NCBI RefSeq assembly: GCF_000143415.4
Contig: NW_003314283.1
Span: 1,602,330 to 1,666,329, forward strand
DNA length: 64,000 bases
Reading direction: 5' to 3'
DNA from: Selaginella moellendorffii
Lineage: Eukaryota > Plantae > Lycopodiophyta
A program made the position numbers and the translations under genes. Under the pieces are notes generated by a model. It saw only the letters and a program-made list of their open reading frames with translations, did not search any database and was not told the DNA's origin. This document shows positions 29,602-40,390 of the stretch, in pieces. How positions within the stretch are numbered: position 1 is the stretch's first letter; every line of letters begins with the position of its first letter.

Positions 29602-32600
29602 CTCTGGATCGCTTCTACCACAAAGGCATTGACCTTAAAAAGGATTTTGCAATTTCCCTTTTATCCATATATATAAAGTGATAGTCCAGGCTCGGTTTGC
29701 ATAGACCACCACAGCTCTGGTGCTCATTGGCATTGACACGTGCCACTAGTGTGTCCTACCCCCGTGCCCATTCTTTTTAGCTCACCTTAGATGCCCTGCC
29801 GCAATCGAGCTAAAGCTTGCTTGCCAGATCAGTGGCAATCTCAGCAATTGCACTTCTTCCTGTGGAGATCTGTATTCAGTGTCGGGATGGCAGCCGCTAA
29901 TTTGGCCCCAACCACAACAATCTGGATTTTTGTGTGCTGTGGAAATTTGAGATGTCTTCATTTAGGTTTGTGGATGCCATTGAGTGGCAGAGCTGGAGCC
30001 AGAGACAGCCTTCAACGCGGCCAGAACCATCAGAGAGTTTGCAATCTTTGCTCTTCCGTGAGAGAGAACAAGCCCAAGGTGAGTTTTCGAACTTGCAAAC
30101 CCCACCCACCTCTCATGACTCAAGTGTCATTGTATTCTCCAAGACTTTGATTAGCTTCCCATTGAGCTCCTTGCCTTCTAGGCCCTTGAAAGCAGATGTT
30201 TCTGCTGTTCTCTGCATTCAGAGTGTTCCAGGAGACAAGCGTGAAGCTCTTGATTGGCAAACTGGGCTCAATTGCACTTCTGCAGTGGTGGTGATGGTCA
30301 AGGTGCAATGGAAAGCGGCTTTTTGAGTGCTCACCACACCTTGGAAAAGGTGTTTCCAAGGTGTGTCAATCTTGTGTCTAGGTTTTGTTGGTTGTTAGAT
30401 TAGTGTTGGTGCAACCTTTCTTTTGTTTATAGCTTAAGCCATGTATAGATTGTGCTCTCAATGTGTAGTCTTCAATTTTATTTTATTTTTTCCACTGTAA
30501 GAACATGAATTCTGGCTTTTACTTAGAATCTCTACAAATTTTAAGATAAGTGCTTTGATTTTCTTTTAGATCACTAATATCTACTTCTTGCCCTAAGTTT
30601 AAATTTGCACTAAATAGGTTATTTCATTTCATTTATCAAGTAGAACTTCCTCTCTAGTTGTCACAAATGTGATTTTGGGTATTGAAAGTTATATATCAGC
30701 CAGTCCTTATGGATATTCTTTCCTTACTGCCACGACGGCAAGAGGTTGGTATTGCTAGACCCTTTATTAGTCCCTCTTGTGCTAGCGGAATTAACTGGGC
30801 ATTTCGAGTGTACTTAGACTGGACGAGCATAAGGATGAATTCTTACGTGTTATTAGCTAAGCATACTTAGCTTGGTAAGGAGTTCCCGTCTCATTATATC
30901 TTGCATTAGTTAGTGACAATAACCCTTGTGTATTGAGATTAGTCCTTTAATATCGCTAGATGATAGCTTACCGTGTCTGCCAAACACCTTCACTATTATG
31001 CCCTTTGTGGTAATCTCATTTTGGTCTTAAATGTTATTTATGGAAAGTGTCTAGATTTGCTCATTTGACATATCTATGGAGTGTAGAGATTGTCCTGAAC
31101 ACAATGATGTTCATCCCGTGTCCAAATTCGCAATCTAAGAACATTCCATATTTAACAAGTTTCAAGTTTGTCTCAGAGACTAACTCCTAGTACTAAGGGA
31201 GGTTTGGGGTGAAAGCCCAAAGTGTGTGTTCCTCAAAGGAGGGGGGCTATAGAGGGTTCCAAATGTATAGTAGAGATAATGGGTAGGTTGAACATGGCTA
31301 ACCAACTTGAGGCATAGTGTTGCAAATGTGACTTCGGGTATCAAAAGTTATCTATCGGCCAGTCCTTACGGACACTCTTTTCTTATTGCCACGATGGCAG
31401 GAGGTTAATATTGCTGGTTCCCTTTATCAGCCCCTCTTGTTCAAGTGTTAATTTACTAGGTTTAGCACCTGTACTTAGCTAGATAGACATAAGGTAGAAA
31501 CTCCTATGTGTTTTTAGCTGAGCATACTTAACCTATCTCTTAGTTCTCTTTTTCTCTGTCTTGCACTGGCTTGACAAGAATCCTCGTGTATTAAGATTAG
31601 TCCCTCAATATCACTGGATGATAGTTTACCATGTTTGCCAAACACCCTTGCTATCATGCCTTTTGTGTTAGTCTCAATTGTAAGCAACTAAATTTTCCAT
31701 TCTACTTTAGTCATTTAACCACACCTCTGACCACTTGGAGGAGTCTCATTCACAACCTCCATAAGTCCAATCCAGGACATGGGACTTGCTAGCCCCGAGA
31801 ATGACATCCATGCCACTCAATATTTGCACTTGGTCCAAGTGCTCCATGTGTCCGATCCCATGACCGACCCTCAAAGGTACGACCGACATAGCAGCCCGTT
31901 ACGCTAAGGCCATGCCCAATCACCTTTGCCACACTGGTAGTCCAATACCACTTGCATCACCGTCTTGGCTCTCCAAGACTAGGCAAACTATCCGTGAGTG
32001 GTCATCTCAGATCCACTCCTTAGCATCCTTAGGATGCCCACCGACAAGGGGAATAGCCTTCCCCAATATCCCTCTGTCAGTCCCCACTAAGTCCCTTTCT
32101 GCCCCTGGCCGTGTTTGCCAACATTGCCACTGGATTGAGACCCACAGGCCCGACCACTAAGTCCCACGGTCCTCTGGGACTTCCTCACCACACAACTGTG
32201 TCCTTGGTCACTACCCCAGAGGACTGCTCCTCTTCCTTTCCACAGTCTGGGCCTTTGGGACAACATTTCGGAACACTGTGGCCTTACGCGAGCCACCTGG
32301 GTACTCTCCTCGCCTTCTGCCCTTGGGTGCTCTAGCCATGGGATTAGAGCGGGTTCCGTTGAGCCACACCAGGTATCCAAGTAGGTAGTGCCACCCACAC
32401 TTGGACTGGGAGCATCGGCTAGTCGATCTCCCGGGGGAACTAGAGCCGGCTCTTGAACACTTCACCAAGCTACCCCGCTTGTCGGTTTGTGTTCACTCTA
32501 GTCTTGGACTTCCCAGTGGGCAGCTCATCACCCAACACTGGGTCCGGCCTTCCTGGGCCAAACTGGCCTTTCCTGGCCAAACTGGCTCCACTGCAGTCCT

Positions 32601-32679
32601 CCCCCTACTATACTTTTGGAGCTCACCAAACCCCCAAGGGTTTGGGAGACGAACGCTTTGGGCTTTCACCCTCTCAGGC

Positions 32680-33150
32680 TTCGGACTCGGACTCGGACTC
32701 GGACTCGGACTCGGATTTGGACTCGGACTCGGATTTGGACTCGGACTCGGGCTCGGGCTCGGTCTCGGCCTCGGCCTCGGTCTCGGTCTCCGTCCCGATC
32801 TCGGTCTCGGTCTCGACTTCGGACTCCATCTCGGACTCCATCTCGGACTCCATTTCGGGTCCATCTCGGGTCCACCTCGGACTCCATCTCGGACTCCATC
32901 TCGAGTCCATCTCGGACTCCACTTCAGACTCCAACTCGGGTCCATCTCGGGTCCACCTCGGACTCCACTTCGGACTCCATCTCGGACTCCGTCTTGGGTC
33001 CATCTCGGACTCCACTTCGGACTCCAACTCGGGTCCATCTCGGACTCCACTTCGGACTCCAACTCGGGTCCATCTCGGACTCCACTTCGGACTCCAACTC
33101 TGGTCCATCTCGGACTCCATCTCGGACTCCAACTCGAGTCCATCTCGGAC
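32680..33150. repeat. GGACTC / GGACTCCATCTC (6/12-bp) minisatellite inside family A LTR
   Basis: (CGGACT)n grading into (CGGTCT)n and 12-mers GGACTCCATCTC / GGGTCCATCTC. Confidence 0.95.
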
Positions 33151-36100
33151 ACTCCCATGTGTCATGTGTTGGTCCTTTTGGGTCCCTTTTTGGAGCCTCG
33201 CCTTTTGCTCGCTTCGTGCTCGTTCCTCGAGCACTTCGTTGGGAGTTCCACTCCCGCTCTTGACTTTTCAAGTCAGAGCTTTTGGTCCAAACATGTTACG
33301 CTCGTTTGGCTCTCGCTTCGGCCACTACCATGTGGCGCCCTTCCGGCTCCACTTTGGGGCCTAGGGATTTTGTGTCTCACAACTCCACCACCCATAGACG
33401 AAGTTTGATGTCCTCATCGAACGGTGAACCATTTTATAAAGTAACACTTGCATGTGTTACCATTTCCATCCTTGGCGCGTAGCCAATATTTGTCAATGGT
33501 GTGACATTGAAGGCTCACCATGCCTTCTCCATATTCGTCAATGGTTGGACATTGAAGGCTCACCATGCCTTTTGCATATCCTCTAAGGAGGGTAGTCTTT
33601 CCAACTTAGAGACTGATTGGACCACATATAGTGGTTCTTTCCTTTTATTGGTTTAGTTCTCGCTAAACCTCTTAGAGACCCTTCTCTAAGTCAATCCCAC
33701 TACTCCTTCTCGAGTAGTCTCGATTTCCATCGATATAACCTTTGCACTTTGGAACTTTGAATTTTGACTTCTTGGAGTCAATTTCCTAGGTGTCTCCGAC
33801 ACCTTGCCTTGCACCTTTTTGTGCAACTCCACTTCCCATCCTAGGAAGTTCTCTACTCGAGGGCACCATCATCCTCTCTTCTATTTCGTGCCAAAGTTTC
33901 AGTTATCATACTTTGTGCTAGGGTTGTTCATGGCCCTATCATTTGGCTACCTTACCACTCCCTCCCTTGGAGCTTCCACTTTCGCCAAATCGGAGCATTT
34001 CGGAATCCCTCCTTGGAAACACACTTCCTTTCCCGCAACTTGTTAGCGTCCAACACATTAGTGTTCCTCGCCTAACTTTGTCACTTGGATTCCTTCCAAG
34101 GGATTCCACGGCCCTATCTTGGCCACTCATTTTTTGCTCCTATCTGTTGATTGTTGCACCAAGCAACATCGAATCTCTACCTCCCTTCTTGAGGTATTGT
34201 TTCGGTTCCATAGCAAAGACTCTTCTTTGCCAAGTCCGGAGGATGTTCACCCCTAGTACGTCTCTTTAGCATCTTCTGCTATGGGCTCTATCCACGGCCC
34301 AACTTCGTGACCCTCCCATGGGTCTTTTATAGAGACTACTTTCCTCGGACTCATTATGCCATCACACGGACATAATTTATTTCCCTTAGGTGCTCTTCCC
34401 ACTTGGTCATCACGACCAAGCCACACCATCTTAAACAGTTCAATTTCAACATTTTGAACCAGGAACTTCATTCCTTAGCCAACCAAGGACCTTGTCCTTA
34501 TCTGGCCATAAGATCACCTAGTGATCTCACCTTGGCACCTTAACAGAGTTGCCAAGAGGTACTTGGTTTTCTAGACCTCCAAGTTGTTGACTATAACCCC
34601 GGGGGCATCCCCCACACTTGGCGGTGCACCCAAGCTAGCCCTTACGGCCAAGGGTTCATAGCAACTGAGATTAGGTGTCCCCATCTCACTCACCACGACC
34701 TTGGTGCCACTTGCACCAAAGCGTTCAAGTTAGATATGCTGAGCTTTCACACTAAGCAATCTAACCGTGCATCACGACTCCGAGGCATCCCTCGCTTGGC
34801 GGTGTGCCCAAACCAATCTCCCCACTGAGAGTCCATGACCACCGAAATATGAGTGTCCTCATATTCTAAACCATCACCACACCCTAGTGATTTGGGACTC
34901 GAACCCAAGCACTAGAGGGTCGGGACTCGAACCCAACCTCCGTATATGCATCTACGGACAGCATCACACAAGATGCTTGGCGTAACTCCCCACGCCGGTG
35001 CACCAACTTATATTTAAAGCGCGCTACAGATCACAGCTTAGGAACCTAGTTCCTCCACACTGCCAAGTCCTCTCACTTGACATGTCTGTGATCATACATG
35101 GACTCCTCCATGCTCGGCCCCATGGCCCACCCTTTTTGAAGTTATCACCTTCAACTAGGGTATTTGTTCCCCCGACGTGCCAATCTCGCTTGGCAAGTCC
35201 TCCGACCACTGTAACATGGTTCCTGCATAAGCGTGAAAGTCCTTGACCATCGACTTTCGTTCAAAGCCCTTTCTTTGAACACTCGGGAACTACTTCCCTA
35301 ACCTTGATAACCTTGCCTCATGGCAAGCTTCAAGACCACACTTCTGCTGCGCCACTCTGATTTCGCGCGTTCCATGAACCATTTACACTTGGCCTTTCTA
35401 GGTACTAAGCTACCTAGAATCGTCTTTGGGAACCTTGAAGGAACTCTGTCCCTCAGCTTGCTAAGGCCTCCCTTTTTGCAAGCCTTCCAAATGCCACATA
35501 GTCTAACATGGACAATTCCATATTTTAGACTCTCCATGGCATCACGGTTGCTAGCGGCAACACCCTCGAGCCCCCACTTGATTCTCCACTCCCAGCTGGC
35601 ATAACCAACCTTGGTTATGCCTTTTGATTCCTACGGTTCGGTTCTATCCCCTTACTTCTTGCTTTTTGGCTTCACACCTTTCCTTTGGTCATTCTCCTCC
35701 AGACCAGGAGGATAGCTTTGCACTTTCTATCATGCTTTAGCAAGTATTCTTAGGGATGAACCTACTCAATAGCCTAGGGAGTGGTTCCTCAATCCGGGTA
35801 TGCTCACCTTATAATCCCACACACTGGGATTACATTATTGCTTATGGGCCTTTACATGCCCATCACTAGCCTTGCCAAAATTCCATTTTTGGCTTTGTCC
35901 AACTCGGGTAGACAGTCCTCTCATGTCTCCGCAACCTTGGACATTTGGATAGCACCTTCTATCTATCATTCGCTAGAGACTTAGTCCCTTGGGCTTTATC
36001 CATTGCCCTCGCGACATCAAACACCACCTTCTGGTGTTCTAGAGTGTTCGGGTGTCCCAATGATGGCTTTCTTGACAATGAGTATTTCCTTTTATGACAT

Positions 36101-38483
36101 TGACTTACTATATCGCAACACAAGCAACTTATCCCCCGTAAGGGTATATCCAACTTCCCTATGCTATTAAGAAGTCTTGGGTAGCTACCTTCTACCCGTT
36201 TAACTAGTTATTTTGCACCTCTTGCTTAGTTGCCTCATAGTTGTCAAGTCCTACAACTCATTGCTTGGTGCTTTCACACCTCTATCATTATCTGGGTCAC
36301 CACACTCCAACTGCATGCTCTGCAGCTTAGGCTATGCTATTCCCATTTCCATTGGGATTCCTTTGGCAAGGGGTTCTCATGAACCCACCAACATAGCCTC
36401 AAGGTATCACACCTTGGCACATTTGGTGTCTCCACACCATCGGCTCCACGAGCCTACCTCAATGACATTTCCCCTTCGTGTCTAAGTCTTTGCCAAGACC
36501 AACACCGCTCTTTCTCATGCCAACCATCCGTTAGCACTGCACCATAGAGGTCACACACAACTTTATGTCAAAGTTGTTTTCTTCTGGGAACACCTTTCCC
36601 ATAACTTTAGCATGGCACATTTTGCCATCGATGAGATACCCTCTGTTCTCATCCTTGGATCCTATGATCCCCCCCCATCCTTTGTGGGGTACAACACACC
36701 TCAGTCCAAATGCTTCCATCAGTCCTTTTAGGACCATCCGTTGACTCTACTTGAGTCATCCAGCAGTTTTGGACTTGGTTAATCCACAGACCCGTAAGGT
36801 CCTACTTGTGAGGCACTAGCTCACTGGAATACACTTCTTGCATTCCTGTCCTACTCAAAAGGACTATTTTCACAAGTGTTACTCCGACACTTGATTTTGT
36901 TCTCTGGGGGCAACCTTTGCCCCTTAGGACTACTTGTCCATGTGATGAGAACACCAACTCATCCACTTAATACACCCCCAACTCCTTGGGTTGTTCCAGC
37001 ATTTATTAGAGGTAGCCCTGGCTACCTTTTCAAGGACTTGAGTCCTCTTCCGTATTTGACCTCCCACGGTCATTACTTCTGGTCTCACATTCATGAGCAC
37101 CAACCTCAACTATATGAGGAAAATCTTGTGACTCCTTTATTGCTTTGGAGTCTTTATCTTTCCCGTGATCCCAACTGTAGTTGTTTACCACAACTACATT
37201 AGCCAGTTTGCTAAGTCAAACGCTCATCTGGATCACATCCTCAACTCTTTGAGGAAAACCATATACTGTTCCCAAGATCCCAAAGTCGTTCCATTATTGG
37301 CCCTTTTCTATCCACCACCTTGTCTACAAGTTCACACATGAACTGTAATGGAGAGCCATATCTTCCCGACCTGCTACTCCTCAAAGATAGGCCCACTTCT
37401 CGGACCTTCCGTTGCCAACACCAGTGGTGATGTACTTGAGCACCAATAAAAGTCAGACTAAGGAACAGCTCCGATACCAAATTGTAAGCGACTAAATTTT
37501 CCATTCTACTTTAGTCACTTAACCACACCTCTGACCACTTGGAGGAGTCTCATTCACAACCTCCATAAGTCCAATCCAGGACATGGGACTTGCTAGCCCC
37601 GAGAATGGCATCCATGCCACTCAATATTTGCACTTGGTCCAAGTGCTCCATGTGTCCGATCCCATGACCAACCCTCAAAGGTACGACCGACATAGCAGCC
37701 CGTTACGCTAAGGCCATGCCCAATCACCTTTGCCACACTGGTAGTCCAATACCACTTGCATCACCGTCTTGGCTCTCCAAGACTAGGCAAACTATCCGTG
37801 AGTGGTCATCTCAGATCCACTCCTTAGCATCCTTAGGATGCCCACCGACAAGGGGAATAGCCTTCCCCAATATCCCTCTGTCAGTCCCCACTAAGTCCCT
37901 TTCTGCCCCTGGCCGTGTTTGCCAATATTGCCACTGGATCGAGACCCACAGGCCCGACCACTAAGTCCCACGGTCCTCTGGGACTTCCTCACCACACAAC
38001 TGTGTCCTTGGTCACTACCCCAGAGGACTGCTCCTCTTCCTTTCCACAGTCTGGGCTTTTGGGACAACATTTCGGAACACCGTGGCCTTACGCGAGCCAC
38101 CTGGGTACTCTCCTCGCCTTCTGCCCTTGGGTGCTCTAGCCATGGGCTTAGAGCGGGTTCCGTTGAGCCACACCAGGTATCCAAGTAGGTAGTTCCACCC
38201 ACACTTGGACTGGGAGCATCGGCTAGTCGATCTCCCGGGGGAACTAGAGCCGGCTCTTGAACACTTCACCAAGCTACCCCGTTTGTCGGTTTGTGTTCAC
38301 TCTAGTCTTGGACTTCCTAGTGGGCAGCTCATCACCCAACACTGGGTCTGGCCTTCCTGGGCCAAACTGGCCTTTCCTGGCCAAACTGGCTCCACTGCAG
38401 TCCTCCCCCTACTATACTTTTGGAGCTCACCAAACCCCCCAGGGTCTGGGAGACGAACGCTTTGGGCTTTCACCCTCTTAGGC

Positions 38484-39010
38484 TTCGGACTCGGACTCGG
38501 ACTCGGACTCGGATTCGGACTCGGACTCGGGCTCGGGCTCGGTCTCGGCCTTGGCCTCGGTCTCGGTCGCGGTCCCGATCTCGGTCTCGGTCTCGATCTC
38601 GGTCCTGGTCTCGGTCTCGACTTTGGACTCCATCTCGGACTCCATCTCGGACTCCATCTCGGGTCCATCTCGGGTCCATCTCGGACTCCATCTCGGACTC
38701 CATTTCGGGTCCATCTCGGGTCCACCTCAGACTCCATCTCGGACTCCATCTCGGACTCCATCTCGAGTCCATCTCGGACTCCACTTCGGACTCCAACTCG
38801 GGTCCATCTCGGGTCCACCTCGGACTCCACTTCGGACTCCATCTCGGACTCCGTCTCGGGTCCATCTCGGACTCCACTTCGGACTCCAACTCGGGTCCAT
38901 CTCGGACTCCACTTCGGACTCCAACTCGGGTCCATCTCAAACTCCACTTTGGACTCCAACTCTGGTCCATCTCGGACTCCACTTCGGACTCCAACTCGAG
39001 TCCATCTCGG
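38484..39010. repeat. Same minisatellite in the second A1 LTR
   Basis: Same units, longer array. Confidence 0.95.
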
Positions 39011-39613
39011 ACACTCCCATGTGTCATGTGTTGGTCCTTTTGGGTCCCTTTTTGGAGCCTCGCCTTTTGCTCGCTTCGTGCTCGTTCCTCGAGCACTTCG
39101 TTGGGAGTTCCACTCCCGCTCTTGACTTTTCAAGTCGGAGCTTTTGGTCCAAACGTGTTATGCTCGTTTGGCTCTCGCTTCGGCCACTACCATGTGGCGC
39201 CCTTCCGGCTCCACTTTGGGGCCTAGGGATTTTGTGTCTCACATCAATTCAGTCCCAAATGCTAATTATGGAAAGTGTCTAGATTTGCTTATTTGGCATA
39301 TCTACAGAATGTAGAGATTGGCCTGAACACAATGATGTTAGTCCTGTGTTCAAATTTGCAATCTAGCACCATTCCATATTTAGTAAGTTTTGAGTTTGTC
39401 CTAGAGACTAACTCCTGATACTAACGGAGGCTTGGGGTGAAAGCCCAAACCATGTGTTTCTCAAAACGGGGGGGCGAGGGGAGGGGGGGCTCCAAATGTA
39501 TAGTAGAGATAGTGGGTAAGTTGGACATGGCTGACCAACCTGAGGCATAGTCTAGCTCCCGCTTGCATGCTTGTCTTTGTTCTGCATCCAGCTTGGGTTT
39601 AAACCCAAGTTTT

Positions 39614-40206
39614 TGTAAGCAACCAAAGAGAACGACTTGAGAGATGATCCATGGGGTTCAAATATAGAGGGAAAGGGCCCATGAATAAGAGTGCACCCCC
39701 TTTTCTAATCGGTTAAATGTCTTGGGATACTTGGGGTTAAGCGTCCTTGGGTTTGAATAATATTGGGCTGGGTGACCTCCTAGGAAGTCCAGACTCAAGA
39801 GCTTACATTTGGTATCAGAGAGGTCTCGGGTCTGACTCTATTGGTTGGTTAGGGGGATCATACCATATATTGATTGACATCTGGCTGGTCCAGTTTGCTC
39901 CCGCTGGGCTCGATTCGAGGGGTAGGGTGTCAAGAGAGCGGGGCTCTCGGGAGAGCTGCGGCTCTCAGCTTCCGTTCACGAGGGCGTGAACTTGCAGGGA
40001 AGCGTGGTGGATTGTAAGTAACCAAAGAGAACGACTTAAGAGACGATTCATGGGGTTCAAATATAGAGGGAAAGGGCCCATGAATAAGAATGCACCCCCT
40101 TTTCCAATCGGTTAAGGGTCTTGGGATACTTGGGGTTAAGCGTACTTGGGTTTGAATAGTACTGGGCTGGGTGACCTCCCGGGAAGTCCAGACTCAAAAG
40201 CTTATA
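39614..40206 (+). mobile_element. Cassandra-type TRIM with 5S rRNA-derived LTR segment
   Basis: 194-bp LTRs (39614-39807, 40013-40206); PBS TGGTATCAGAG at 39810; 205-bp interior; PPT GGGAAGCGTGGTGGAT; TSD GTTTT/GTTTC; each LTR carries a 5S A-box to C-box segment. Confidence 0.92.
40135..40189 (+). promoter_or_regulatory. 5S rRNA internal control region (Pol III A box, IE, C box) within the Cassandra LTR; also at 39736-39790
   Basis: GTTAAGCGTACTTGGGTTTGAATAGTACTGGGCTGGGTGACCTCCCGGGAAGTCC aligns without gaps (47/55 by eye) to recalled plant 5S rRNA GTTAAGCGTGCTTGGGCGAGAGTAGTACTAGGATGGGTGACCTCCTGGGAAGTCC. Confidence 0.88.
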
Positions 40207-40228
40207 GTTTCATTCCATGCTAACTAGT

Positions 40229-40390
40229 GGAGTAACTATATTCTCACGTTAGGCCACTGGTATGCCGAAATAGTGTTAAACTCCATTTTGCGTGCTAGTC
40301 CTGGCATTAGGAGTAACTATATTCTCACGTTAGGCCACCGGTATGCTGAAATAGTGTTAAACTCCATTTTGCGTGCTAGTCCTGGCATTA
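40229..40390. repeat. 81-bp tandem duplication inside solo LTR B2
   Basis: GGAGTAACTATATTCTCACG...CCTGGCATTA occurs twice; single in the 43403-44509 LTR. Confidence 0.9.

Larger units (their letters stand above)
31679..39243 (-). mobile_element. Large non-autonomous LTR element (LARD-like), family A (A1)
   Basis: TSD TCAAT; near-identical LTRs 31679-33381 and 37483-39243; PBS TGGTATCGGAGC (minus, 37468-37479); PPT GGGTGGTGGAGT next to 33381; 4.1 kb interior with no intact gag/pol ORF. Confidence 0.92.

Noticed and set aside
29791-30359. Captured host gene in the Helitron 5' region
   Set aside because: A plausible GTGAG donor is present, but no recognisable protein similarity.
31760-31860. 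Protease-like QILSGMDVILG in the family A LTR (minus strand)
   Set aside because: Too short, surrounded by stops, and no DSG/DTG catalytic motif.
32401-33408. Long ORFs in all frames (GL, DS, RT, SP repeats), also 38205-39282 and 45928-46884
   Set aside because: Products of the stop-free GGACTC minisatellite in family A LTRs; frames differ between copies.
34884-34940. Intact tRNA gene
   Set aside because: T-arm-like hairpins only; no D arm, anticodon arm or acceptor stem in canonical spacing.
39736-39790. Bona fide 5S rRNA gene
   Set aside because: Only about 55 nt of the ~120-nt RNA, embedded in an LTR with PBS and PPT.
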